DNA of 64,000 nucleotides, from assembly GCF_030028105.1 (NCBI RefSeq), contig NC_092395.1, forward strand, positions 43,924,459-43,988,458, read 5' to 3'. Below the pieces are notes generated by a model, which did no database searches, was not told the origin of the DNA, and saw only the letters and a list, made by a program, of their open reading frames with translations. The stretch comes from Mobula birostris. Taxonomy: Eukaryota. This document shows, piece after piece, positions 52,960 to 64,000 of the stretch. The first letter of the stretch is position 1, and every line of letters starts with the position of its first letter. A program made the position numbers and the translations under genes.

Positions 52960-55900
52960 CTTTTACATGTATACGAATAAAGAAAGGAGCTATGATGTTG
53001 TGGCCATTACAGAGACTGGGATGGTGCAGAGGCAGGCATGGCTACTTCAAGTACCAGGCTTTAGGTATTTCAGAAAGGACAGGGAGGGAGGGAAAAGAGG
53101 TGGAGACGTTGATCAGAGATAGTGTCCCGGCTGCAGAAGATGAGGAAGTTATGGAGGGGTTTCCTACAGATTTTCTGTGAGTGGAAGCTAGGAATAGGAA
53201 GGTTTCAATAACTGTTCTGGGTGTTTTAATAGACCACTCAATAGTAAGAAGGACATCGAGGAGCAGATAGGAAAACAGATTCTTCAAAGGTGTAATAATA
53301 ACAGGGTTGTTGTGGTTGGTGATTTTAATTTCCCAAATATTGATTGGCAACTCCCTAAAGTGAGGGGCTTAAATGGGGTGGAGTTTGTTTGATGTGTTCA
53401 TTAAAGGATTCTTGACACAATTAGTAGATAAGCCTACAAGAGGAGAGGCTGTACTTGATCTGGTATTGGGAAATGAAGCGTGTCATGTGTCAGATCTCTC
53501 AGTGGGAGAAAATGTCGGAGATAATGATCACAATTCTATCTCCTCTACCATAGCACTGGAGAGGGATAGGAACAGACAAATTAGAGAAACGTTTAATTGG
53601 AGTAAGGGGAAATATGAAGCCATCAGGCAGGAACTTGGAAGCATAAATTAGAAACAGATGTTCTCAGGGAAACGTACGGAAGAAATGTGGCAAATGTTCA
53701 TGGCTGCATAGGTACATTCCGATGTGACATGGGAAAGATGGTAGGGTACAGGACCCGTGATGTACAAAGGCTGTTATAAGTCTCGTCAAGAAGAAGAGAA
53801 GAGCTTCCGAAAGGTTCAAAAAACTAGGTAATGATAGAGAACTAGAAGATAATATGGCTAGCGGGAAGAAGCTTAAGAATAACATTACGAGAGCCAGAAA
53901 GCCTTGACGGACGTGATAAAATAAAATTCTACATGTATGTGAAGAGCAAGAGGATAGGACGTGAGAGAACAGGACCAATCAAGTGTGACAGTGAAGAAGT
54001 GTGTATGGAACCGGAGGAGATAGCAGAGGTACTTAATGAATACTTTGCGTCAGTATTCACTACGGAAAAGGATCTTGGTGATTGTAAGAATGACTTACAA
54101 TGGACTGAAAAGCTTGAGCATGTAGATATTAAGAAAGAGGACGTGCTGGAGCTTCTGGAAAGTATCAAGTTGGATAAGTTACGGAGGCTGGACGGGATGT
54201 ACCCCGGGAGCGAGGAAGGAGATTGCAGAGCCTCTGGCGATGATCCTTGCATCATCAAGGAGGACAGAAGAGGTTCCAGAGGATTGGTGGGTTGCGTATG
54301 TTGTTCCCTTATTCACGAAAGGGAATAGAGATAGCCCAGGAAATTATAGACCAGTAGTCTTACTTCTGTGGTTGGTAAGTTGATGGAGAAGATCCTGAGA
54401 GACATGATTTATGAATATTTGCCGAGGCATAATATGACTAGAATAGTCATCATGGCTTTGTGAAAGGCAGGTCGTGCCTTATGGGCCTGATTGAATTTTT
54501 TGAGGATGTGACTAAACACTTCGATGAAAGTAGAGCCCTAGATGCTGTGTATATGGATTTCAGCAAGGCATTTCATAATGTACGCCTTGGAAGGCTTATT
54601 GAGAAAATAAGGAGGCAGGGGTTCCTGTCACGGTCCGGTCCGTGAAGTCTGCATTCCGGTTCACCATCCAGTCTGTGGATTCCGTACTCCGGCAATTCCC
54701 TTTTTCCCTTGTTCATTTGGGTGCCTTAATTGAGGCACCTGATTCTCGTTTCGGGCTGCATCGTCCTCGTCAGTAACCTCGTCTGCAACGTCGTCAGTAA
54801 CCTCGTCTGCGCTGGGTAGGTCCGGCCATTTTGCCACTACCCTGAGTGGGGATTGAATATTCGTGTTCTCGTCTCCGCTGTGTAGGTAGGTCCGGCCGTT
54901 TCGTTGCTACTCTGAGTTGGGAACTGTCTCTTCATGTCCTGTGTCCAAGGAGGTGCCCCGGCTCAGTGCATTGTGTCCTGTGTCTAAGAAGAATCCCGGC
55001 TTTATCCTGTGTCCAAAGAGGAGCCCTGGCTCAGTATTCCATCTTCTGTGTCCGGCTGTGTGTCCTCTGTCCAAGGAGAAGCCCCGACACAGTGTTCCAT
55101 GTGCTCTGTCTAAGAATAGTCCCGGCTCTATGACCTAAGTCCAAGGAGGAGTCCCGGCTCTATGAACAAAGGTTCAAAGCCAAGCCCGCGTCAAGTCCAA
55201 GCCAAGCCCGCGTCAAGCCCCGAGTCCTATTCCAGAGTCAACTGTAGACCCAGGTACCGAGTCCCTACCAAGACCCGTGTTCCTAGTCATTACTTAAGCT
55301 CCTTGTAGAGTTATAGCCCCAAATCCAGTTGCAGGTTTTCTGGTTTGCCACTCTGTGACTATGTTCATGTTATATTTTTGTCCTCGCCCCTTGGCTTCCC
55401 TAGGATTCTAAGTTTATTCTTACTCCAGTTCCTAGTACATCAGTGTCCGTGTCTTCCATTTGGGTCCGCTCCCGTCGCCCACTTATGACAGATCCAAGGG
55501 GACAATGCTTTCTGGATCCAGAACTGACTTGCCCACAGAAGGCACAGTGTGGTTGCAGACGGGTCATATTCTGCATGGAGATCTTTGACCAGTTGTGTGC
55601 GTCAGGGATCTGTTCTAGAACAATGTACCCTTCGTGGCTTTTATGAACGACCTGGATGAGGAAGTGGAGGGATGGGTTAGTAAATTTGATGATGACACAA
55701 AGGTTGGAATAGTGTGGAGGGCATTAATGGCACGATTCTTCGCAGTGTGGAGGATCAGAGAGATCTTGGGGTCCGAGCCCATAAGACGATCAAAGCTGAT
55801 ACGTAGGTTGACTCTGTGGTTAAGAAGGCGTACGGTGCACTGGCCTTCATCAATCCTGGGATTGAGTTTAAGAGCCGAGAGGTAATGTTACAGCTTTATA

Positions 55901-56455
55901 GGACCCTGTTCAGACCCCACTTGGAGTACTGCGCTGAATTCTGATCGCCTCACTACAGGAAGGACGTGGAAACCATAAAATGGATGTAGAGGAGATTTAC
56001 AAGGATGTTGTCAGGATTGTGGAGCATGCCTTATGAGAACAGGTTATGTGAACTCGGCCTTTTCTCCTTGGAGCGACGGAGGATGAGAGGTGACCTAATA
56101 GATGTGTACAAGACAATGAGCGGATTGATCGTGTGGATAGTCAAAGGCTTTTTCCTAAGGCTGAAATGAGTAGGACGAGGGAGCATAGTTTTAAGGTGCT
56201 TGGAAGGAGTTATAGTGGAGATGTCAGGGGTGAGTTGTTTTCCGCAGTGAGTGGTGAGTGCGTGGAATGGGCTGCCGGCGGCAGTGGTGGAGGCGGAACC
56301 GATAGATCTTTTAAGAGACTCCTGGATGGATACATGGAGCTTAGGAAAATATAGGGCTGTGGATAAGCCTAGGTAGTTCTAAAGTAAGGACATTTTCGGC
56401 ACAGCTTTGTGGGCCGAAAGGCCTGTATTGTGCTGTAGGTTTTCTATGTTTCTCT
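52960..56455 (+). mobile_element. Long CR1 LINE ORF2 copy split by a solo LTR
   Basis: VVVGDFNFPNIDW, KGRSCLMGLIEFFEDV...YMDFSKAF, SKFDDDTKVG and a (ttctatgt)-type tail at ~56440. Confidence 0.9.
54626..55490. mobile_element. Solo LTR (865 bp) inserted in the CR1 RT
   Basis: TGTCA...TGACA termini; 5-bp TSD GTTCC/GATCC (one mismatch); CR1 sequence continues on both sides; internal tandem repeats at ~54930-55160. Confidence 0.85.
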
Positions 56456-56669
56456 GTTCCTTTGTTTCTAACATGGGACACACTTGCCCCTCCTGTACCT
56501 CCCCACCACATTTAATGTCGCGTGTTCCCCATTCTATTCCCGTCCGGATGAAGGAAGTCGCCCTGAAACATCGACTGTTTATTCATTTTCATATTCATGC
56601 TGTCTGGCCTGCTGGTGGTCCTCCAGATTTTGCGCTTATGCACTAAATAAATAGAATCCTGCGTTAGGT

Positions 56670-57700
56670 GTTGCCTTCCTCAACATATTGATGTTAGGGG
56701 ACACAGAAGTTATTACAGAGGGAGGCGACATCGTTATGAATCCCTACCTCCTCATCATGACGTGGGTGCTCTTGGTGGTCTCCACTAAAAAAAAACAACG
56801 GCAAAGATCAGTTGTAAAGCGGAAGTTATACATTGCACAATCAGCAAGTGAGGACTCAGAGGGTGTCAGCCTGTTCCATGCCCATGGTGGATGCAGACAG
56901 ACTATCGAACTTCCGGTCTCAGTGTCACACTCCTTCAACCCCGACATTTCACCCGCACCAACGATTATATGGGTGTTGCCAGATTAAGAAAAAACACAGC
57001 TGGTTTACAGAAGTTTCCATTTTTGTACGCCCGGGAAAACCGACGTACAGGCGTGGAAACTTAGTTAAGCCGTCCTGAGGCGAAGGCCAGTGACAAATTC
57101 CTTTATCCCGAGGCCGAGCCATTCTTTCGAGGTTCAGCGCATCTTGGAAGATCCTCCCTCTCTCCGGGGATAGGGTCTTTGGAGCTTCTGCAGGCGTTTC
57201 TACAGCTCTGTTTTTTCTTTCACAGAATGTGGTTGCTAACCCGATGCCCAGTTCTACTTCTTATCAAAGCCCTGTTTGGGACCGTCCACGGCGGGGTTAC
57301 CGAAATAGAATATTGGTGCATTTAACTCGGCTGCAGGAACATTTTTACAGGAACAGCTCAAAAAGCAAAGCTTTCCGGAGAGACCAGCCGCCCATATTGT
57401 AAAAGAGAATAGCCTGTCCATATCCGGCAGATTGATTCCAGCAGAATCACTCCACGGCATCTACGATTTAGATATTTGCACAGTATGGTTGTCGCCTATT
57501 TTAGTATTATAATGACAATTCCATGTATATTGACGGATCAGATCACACTCCAAAGGGATTGAAGAAGTTAATTATTTGTTAGGGGACCCCGCAAGAAATA
57601 CAATATATAATTGGTATCATTTTTCAGGGCAAGCACTGGAAGACTGGACTGCCAGCAAAGGCATTCATTGGGTGAATCGCACATCCTATTACCCCCAGGC
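56670..57700 (+). mobile_element. pol: ERV-L-like pol fossil (copy C)
   Basis: LGDTEVITEGGDIVMNPYLLIMTWV...RSVVKRKLYI; HSWFTEVS; GLKKLIIC*GTPQEIQ; HFSGQALEDWTASKGIHWVNRTSYYPQA. Confidence 0.78.
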
Positions 57701-58169
57701 ATTTAAAGAATGCGTGGACTGTTCGTGCATTCCTTGCTGAAAGCATTATCCCGCGCCTTGTACAACCTGAACAACGGATCCTTACCCCAAGATCGCAAAT
57801 ATACTTCAGGACAGGAAGAAGAAGCGGGCGCCAACGGGCCTCATACAGAGGGGAAGGATAGTGCAAACATGATATAATCGGACCGAGACTGTTCTTTATC
57901 ACTGAGAGAGAAGGAGCGAGATGCCTGAATTAAAGGGTGGGGGTGGGGGAGGGAAAGGAGGTAAGCTGGAATGTAATAGCTGAAGCCAGGTGGATGGGTA
58001 AGGTCAAGGGATAGGGAAATAAGAATCTGACAGGAGAGAACAGCGGACAGTGAGAGAAAGGGACGGAGGGTGGGACCCAGGGTAAATTAATAGACAGGTA
58101 AAAACTTTGAATGGTTAATAAAGGGGAGGGGACATTTTTTGTTTAACGGAAGTAGAAATCGATATTTAT

Positions 58170-58430
58170 GCCATCAGGTTGGATTGTACTCAGACGGAAT
58201 ATGAGTTGTTGCTCCTCCACCCTCAGGGTAGCCTGCTCTTGGCACAAGGTGCGGGGGGCATGGGTCGTCACGTTGGAAGACGAACAGGAACGAGAGGCCG
58301 CTCCGAAAGCACGGGCCACATTAGACGACCCCAGCAGATTCGCGGGTGAAGTTTTGCCTCACCCGGAAAGAATGTTTGGATCCTGTATGGACGTGACGGA
58401 GGAGATGTGCGGGAGGGAAAGTATGTGAGC
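58170..58430 (-). mobile_element. Penelope GIY-YIG remnant (copy C)
   Basis: Minus strand reads QEQATLRVEEQQLIFRLSTIQPDGINIDF; paralogue of 21690-22030. Confidence 0.7.
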
Positions 58431-58491
58431 ATATTCCAACTTAACTACTCTGCAAGGAGGAGGTGGTGGCAAACGGAAATGAGGGTACATA

Positions 58492-60390
58492 CGGTTGAAG
58501 TCAGAAGTTTACATATATATTAGGCCAATATATTGAAACTCAGTTTTTCACAATTCCTGACACTTAATCCCAGAAAACATTCCCTGTCTTAGGTTAGTTA
58601 GGATCACTACTTTATTTTAAGAATGGGAAATGTCAGAATAATAGCAGAGAGAATGATTTATTGCAGTTTTTTATTTCTGTCATCACTTTCTCAGTGAGTC
58701 AGAAGTTTACATACACTTTGTTAGTATTTAATTGCATTGCCTTTAAATTGATTAACTTGGGTCAATTGTTTTGGGTAGCCTTCCACAAGCTTCTCACAGC
58801 AAGTTGCTGGAATTTTGTTCCATTCCTCCAGACAGAACTGGTGTAACTGAGTCAGGTTTGTAGGGCTCCTTGCTCTCACACGCTTTTTCAGTTCTGCCCA
58901 GAAATTTTCTATCGGATTGAGATCAGGGCTTTGTAATGACCACTCCAATACCTTGATTTCGTTGTCCTTAAGCAATTTTTCCACCACTTTGGAGGTATGC
59001 TTGGGGTCATTGTCCATTTGGAAGACCCATTAGCGACCGCGTTTTAACTTCCTGGCTGATGTCTTGAGATGTTGCTTCAATATATCCACGTAATTTCTTT
59101 CCTCATGATGCCATCTATTTTGTGAAGTGCACCAGTCCCTCCTGAAGTAAAGCAGCCCCACAACATGATGCTGCCACTTCCACGCTTCACGGTTGGGATG
59201 GTGTACTTCGGCTTGCAAGCTTCACCATTTTTCCTCCAAGCATACCGATGGTCATTATGGTCAAACAGTTCATTTTATTGTTTCATCAGACCAGAGGGCA
59301 TTTCTCCAAAAAGTAAGATCTTTGTCCCCATGTGCACTTGCAATCTGTAGTCTGGCTTTTTTTTATGGCGGTTTTGAAGCAGTGGTGTCTTCCTTGCTGA
59401 GCAGCCTTTCAAGTTATGTCGATATAGAACTCGTTTTAATGTGGATATAGATACTTGTCTACCTGTTTCCTCTGGCGTCTTCACAAGGTCCTTTGCTGTT
59501 GTTCTGGGATCGGTTTGTACTTTTCGCACCAAAGTGCGTTCATCTCTAGGAGACAGAATGCGTCTCCTTCCTGAGCGGTATGACGACTGCGTCGTCCCAC
59601 GGTGTTTATAATTGCTTACTATTGTTTGTACAAATCAACGCGGTACCTTCAGGCGTTTGCAAATTGCTCCCAAAGATGAACCAGACTTGACATCATTTTC
59701 TCACCTCAATCCGATAGAAAACTTGTGGGCCTAAGAGAAAAAGCGTGTGCGAGCAAGGAGGCCTACAAACCTGACTCAGTTACACCAGTTCTGTCTGGAG
59801 GAATGGAACAAAGTTCCAGCAACTTACTGTGAGAAGCTTGTGGAAGCAATTTGCAAACGCCTGAAGGTACCGCGTTCATCTGTACAAACAATAGTACGCA
59901 AGTATAAACACCATTGGACCACGCAGTCGTCATACCGCTCGGGAAGGAGAAGCATTCTGTCTCCTAGAGATGAACGTACTTTGGCACGAAAAGTGCAAAT
60001 CGATCCTAGAACAACAGCAACGGAACTTGTGACGATGCTGGAGGAAACGGGTACACTAGTATCTATATCCACAGTAAAAGGAGTCGTTTTGGAAGCTTGT
60101 GGAAGCTTCCGGAAGGTTAGCCAAACCGTTTGACCCAAGTTAAAAAATTTAAAGCAAAACAAGGAAATACTAACAAAGTGTATGTAAACTTTGGAAAGTG
60201 ATGAAAGAAATAAAAGCTGAAATAAATCATTCACTCTGATATTACTCTGACATTTCACATTCTTAAAATAAATTAGTTATTCTAGCTGACCTAAGAAAGG
60301 GAATGTTTTCCAGGATTAAATGTCAGGAATTGTGAAAAACTGAGCTAAATGTGTTCAGCTAAGGTGTATGTAAACTTCTAACTTCAACTG
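58492..60390 (-). mobile_element. Sleeping-Beauty-like Tc1 transposon, rearranged (two 3' ends)
   Basis: IR/DR termini cggttgaagtcagaagtttacata...tatgtaaacttctaacttcaactg; TA on both sides (58490-58491, 60391-60392) versus a single TA in copies A and B; MDNDPKHTSK...SPDLNPIENFW...FKGNAIKY on the minus strand. Confidence 0.93.
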
Positions 60391-61578
60391 TACTTAGTAC
60401 TGGTGCAAGGGAAAGAATATCTGATGTGTTTCAACAGGGGGAATAACAAAGGGAATAATTTTAACAATCTTAAAAAAACTGATAATAACCGTTGTTCTGC
60501 TTTCGGTAGATTGAAAGTCCTGGAACTATTGCAATTCCTTTGTGACAGCATCGTCACAAGTTCCTTTGAATCGAGATATAGAGTGTACAGTCTGGCTGCT
60601 TGGAAAGGACACGCTATTGAAGAAGACATCCTCCAATGTGATAACCCCCCTCGCCCCGACGCTTTGGAGGAAGCTAACGAACAAACTTTCAAATATACTT
60701 TTGGCTTAGCCTCCCATCATAAATTGCTATAGTTGCACGATTAGTTGTGATTGTTCAGCAGTTAATTTAGCCGACTCCCCTTATGAACTCTATTGTCATA
60801 ATTGCACTGTTTTAACGATTATATTACCGTGACGACCTGTGTTTAGTCTACATTTCGCTCTGGTATAATCTACCAAAGAGGAATCAACGGGTGGAGTATA
60901 ACGAAAAAGTTAAAATTGATTCCTTCTTAGTATATGATAAATGTGTAACACACAACAGGGGGTTTGTAAGATATTAGTCTGAAATGTGGGAATAATTTGT
61001 GAAAGGACAAAGGGACCTGTTCACAACAATATTTGGAGAAATGAGTGTGAGCACTATTCTACATCCCCGAGAGTAGGTAATCGTGGAAAAGCCCTTTGTC
61101 TGTGAAGACGAAATGATTCAGCAGCCTAGTACTGTCCCAAGGGAAACGATTCGGGCAAGGGGAGTTGAAGGGCATTAACAGGGCAATGTTTTCTACGTTG
61201 GGATCTTTTCTAATGCTGGGTCACGACTCCTGCTGGAGTTGGAAATAGGTACAACGACATCCAGAGAGAGTAATCTCTCCCCACTTCGACCTCCTTCCCT
61301 GTTCGCTTAGAAGTCTCTTTTTCTTACCTCAACAATTCCGTTGAACCTCAGAACACTCTGTTTTTCTGTCGGTGTCTCTCATTCTCTTCCTCTCTCCCTC
61401 GCCCCCTCGCTCCCTTCTCCACCAACTACAAGACTGTAGGATTTCTGACAGCCGGACTACTTTGGTCGGTGCCGTTCAGCCCGCGCGAAACTCCTCCCTC
61501 CTCCCACCCGGATGAGAATGGGAAGCGCATACAAGTGTAAAACACTCACACAGAGAAATGAATCCTGCACTGAATATC

Positions 61579-61584
61579 TTTATT
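61579..61584 (-). promoter_or_regulatory. Candidate polyadenylation signal, copy C
   Basis: TTTATT on plus, in the same context as copies A and B. Confidence 0.55.
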
Positions 61585-61926
61585 AGCAATTTATGGCGGT
61601 TGCCATCTGTCAGTCTGATACTGCTGAGAAATCATTAACAGACTCATTAATACCTTCAATTAGATCCATCCCTGGTAACAGAGAAAACAATTCACTCGCT
61701 GATATTTCTAATGCTGACAAGTAAAAGGCCACTTTTACCCTACGTAGCTTCCCGGTGGATGAGACGAAACAAAATCACCCTCGAGTGCAAATATTCTCAC
61801 ACAATGGTAACCACAGAGAGCTGATCAGAGTTTGATTTGCAGTGAAGAGAGTGGTAGAGGGTGAAAAATACAAGAAAAAAAAGTGAACTGCTGTTCGGAG
61901 CAAACAAGTATGAAACCGCGTTCTGT

Positions 61927-62238
61927 TTAACAGTTGGATTGTCCGTCTGTGCGGATGTTGTCGAGGCTGCTCTGGTTTAGCTACGTAGCAGAATACCTTG
62001 CCACTGCTCCAGTCTGTGCCTGGCACCGTCAGGGAGCGGCTGAGAATTAACATGTTGTCTGTGTTCTGCCTCACCGCGCTGGCTTGCACCTCACGGCTGG
62101 TCGGACTCGCGTCCACTGTCCAGCTGACGACAGGGAAGCCTACCGACAGCTTACTGATCAGGCAAACTAAGGTGCCGGTTCCTTTAGCGGAGATCTCCTC
62201 GGCAGACGACCCAAGCAGTTTGTCCGGGAGCTGTTGAT
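61927..62238 (-). pseudogene. Ig light-chain constant exon (copy C), disabled
   Basis: ccag| acceptor; DQQLPD---KLLGSSAEEISAKGTGTLVCLISKLSVGF...; 9-nt deletion, YSC reads FCY, and two 1-nt deletions near the 3' end put the terminal Cys out of frame (312 nt versus 323 nt in copy A). Confidence 0.92.
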
Positions 62239-63254
62239 CTGGATCGGGAGCAAGGGGAGACATGTTTCCGATCAAGAATATTCTACCGACATTTCAGAGT
62301 TGGATAGAATCGCGAATGAAAGATTACGTCTTCCCAGAATGGAGCCCGAGGCTTCACTGGGGAACTGGTCAGTGCTCACGGAGGGCAATACATTTCAATC
62401 AACACTGAAGAACTGGATATTTGCGATCAAATCCCTGTTTGAGGATTTTCCCGTTGCGTCGCTTGGTTGCAGCATCATCTGCTCACTGACCACCTCCAGT
62501 CCTCGGGGTCTACTCCGGCTGTGTTACCAGTGACACATACCCATCCACTCATCACCAATGAGCTCCTTCCGACCTGTGCCACACGCAGCTGTTATGAGAA
62601 CATATCACATAGCCTGCGTTTACCCAGTGTGTAAGGCGACATGTGCGCGGTCCTGAGTTTCACAGAGCTGGTTTGGGAAAGTCACCTGTGATCTGTGACG
62701 ATTTGGAAGGAATATGAAATTCTCTACAGACCTGCAGCTGCGGCCTTAGACGGTGCACCAACCGAAATCATTGAGAGTCCGTATCCAAAACGGAGCAGTT
62801 CCCAAGTGAAAACGTGGCAGGAGAGAGGAGGAGAGGACTAGATAATCGATTGGGTGTCTGCAGGAGTGTTCCACCCAATCCCCGAGGAACGGAAGTTCAG
62901 TGAAAGTACGACAGAGGTTTCAATGGAGCATCCTCATACAATAAAATGAAACATGTCGTTCTGTTGTCTTGGCAACGATGGTCTACATCATGTCCACAGT
63001 GATACCTCAGCATCATTTTGGGAAACTGGAACTCCTCACGCAGGCTTCTAACAAACCACAGCAAAAGCAGCCAGACTAATGACACTGCAACCGCGAAAAT
63101 AGAGAGTTGAGAGGTCAATTTTAGGAATGAAGTATTAAAGTGCTGATGCCTGTGACACAAGATACGGCACCAGAAAGAAAACACAACTGAAAGGATTTTT
63201 TTTATTATTTTAAAAAGATGATAACAATTCAAACACAACTCTATTCTCACTGCA

Positions 63255-63735
63255 AACACGAGGAAATCTGCAGATGCTGGAATTTCAAGCAACACATTAA
63301 CAGTTGCTGGTGAACGCAGCAGGCCAGGCAGCATCTCTAGGAAGAGATGCAGTCAACGTTTCGGGCCGAGACCCTTCGTCAGGACTAACTGAAAGAAGAG
63401 CTAGTGAGAGATTTGAAAGTGGGAGGGGGAGGACGATTTCCGAAATGATTGGAGAAGACAGGAGGGGGAGGGATGGAGCCAAGAGCTGGACAGTTCATTG
63501 GCAAAAGAGATATGAGAGGATCATGGGACAGGAGGCCTAGGGAGAGCGAAGTCGGAAGGGGGGAAGCCCAGAGGATGGGCAAGGGGTATAGTGAGAGGAA
63601 CAGAGGGAGAAAAAGGAGCGAGAAAAAAAGAATGTGTGTATATAAATGAACAAATAAATAAATAAGTAAATAACAGATGGGGTGCGAGGGGGAGGTGGGG
63701 CATTAGTGGAAGTTTGAGAAGTCAATGTTCATGCC
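63255..63735 (-). mobile_element. Penelope 3' end inserted in the copy C J-C intron
   Basis: GMNIDFSNF-type end (gaagtttgagaagtcaatgttcatgcca on plus) plus the terminal-repeat motif; absent from the 1147-bp intron of copy A (copy C intron is 1653 bp). Confidence 0.75.
63351..63386 (-). ncRNA. Minimal type I hammerhead ribozyme motif (Penelope-associated)
   Basis: AGUC-CUGACGA-A-GGG-UCUCGG-CCC-GAAACGUU-GACU: core boxes, stem I (AGUC/GACU), stem II (GGG/CCC) and a palindromic ACGU stem III. Activity untested. Confidence 0.62.
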
Positions 63736-63891
63736 ACTATACTCACTGAACACATCTCAGTGGACCACGACTGGGTTGTAAATTTGTTTTTTAATTGTAA
63801 AATTAGCCAAGAAATAATAATGTGAATATTATTAATTGTCAGGTGACCGTATTCATGCAGCTAGTAATTGCAGAAGGGATTTCCCTCTCAC

Positions 63892-64000
63892 TTGTAAAAA
63901 AGAGCTTGGTCCCTGGGCTGAACAAGTAATAACTGCCCCATGAATCCCACACTTCCGCAGTAATAAACGGCACCGTCACTTAGCTCCACATTTCTTTTTA
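63892..64000 (-). pseudogene. 3' part of a germline-joined VJ exon (copy C), +1 frameshift in CDR3; continues beyond the window
   Basis: NVELSDGAVYYCG [+1 nt] WDSWGSYYLFSPGTKLFFT a|GTGAG; 62 nt from the Gly after Cys to the donor versus 61 in copy A; no RSS. Confidence 0.9.

Noticed and set aside
54930-55160. CRISPR-like repeat array
   Set aside because: These are degenerate tandem units without unique spacers, inside a eukaryotic LTR.
63892-63960. Compensating frameshifts restoring the copy C VJ frame with a novel J peptide
   Set aside because: A recount of the T run gives six T, so the J end is full length; the +1 shift is uncompensated and the donor is out of phase with C.

Overview
Repeat-dense vertebrate genomic DNA, inferred to be from a cartilaginous fish (probably a ray or skate) because it holds cluster-type immunoglobulin light-chain genes with germline-joined V-J. 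There are three paralogous copies of a sigma-like IgL cassette. Copy A (+, 13.9-19.0 kb) has an octamer promoter, leader, pre-joined VJ exon and C exon; its leader and VJ are disabled but the C exon is open. Copy B (+, 19.08-23.6 kb) is a disabled C exon whose leader and V are gone, leaving only an inverted 37-bp CDR3/J remnant at the A/B breakpoint. Copy C (-, 56.5-64 kb) has a disabled C exon and an out-of-frame joined VJ that runs off the window end. Each cassette carries, 3' of C and antisense to it, a fossil pol fragment (connection domain, RNase H, integrase) resembling class III (ERV-L-like) retroviruses, so that insertion predates the duplications. The rest is transposon debris: CR1, RTE and Rex/Babar LINEs, Penelope fragments (one with a hammerhead-ribozyme core), four solo LTRs, Gypsy pol, two hAT-Charlie copies, and a Sleeping-Beauty-like Tc1 with two 3' ends. 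No complete intact host gene is supported. All family assignments come from recalled motifs, not database searches, and most repeat boundaries are approximate.
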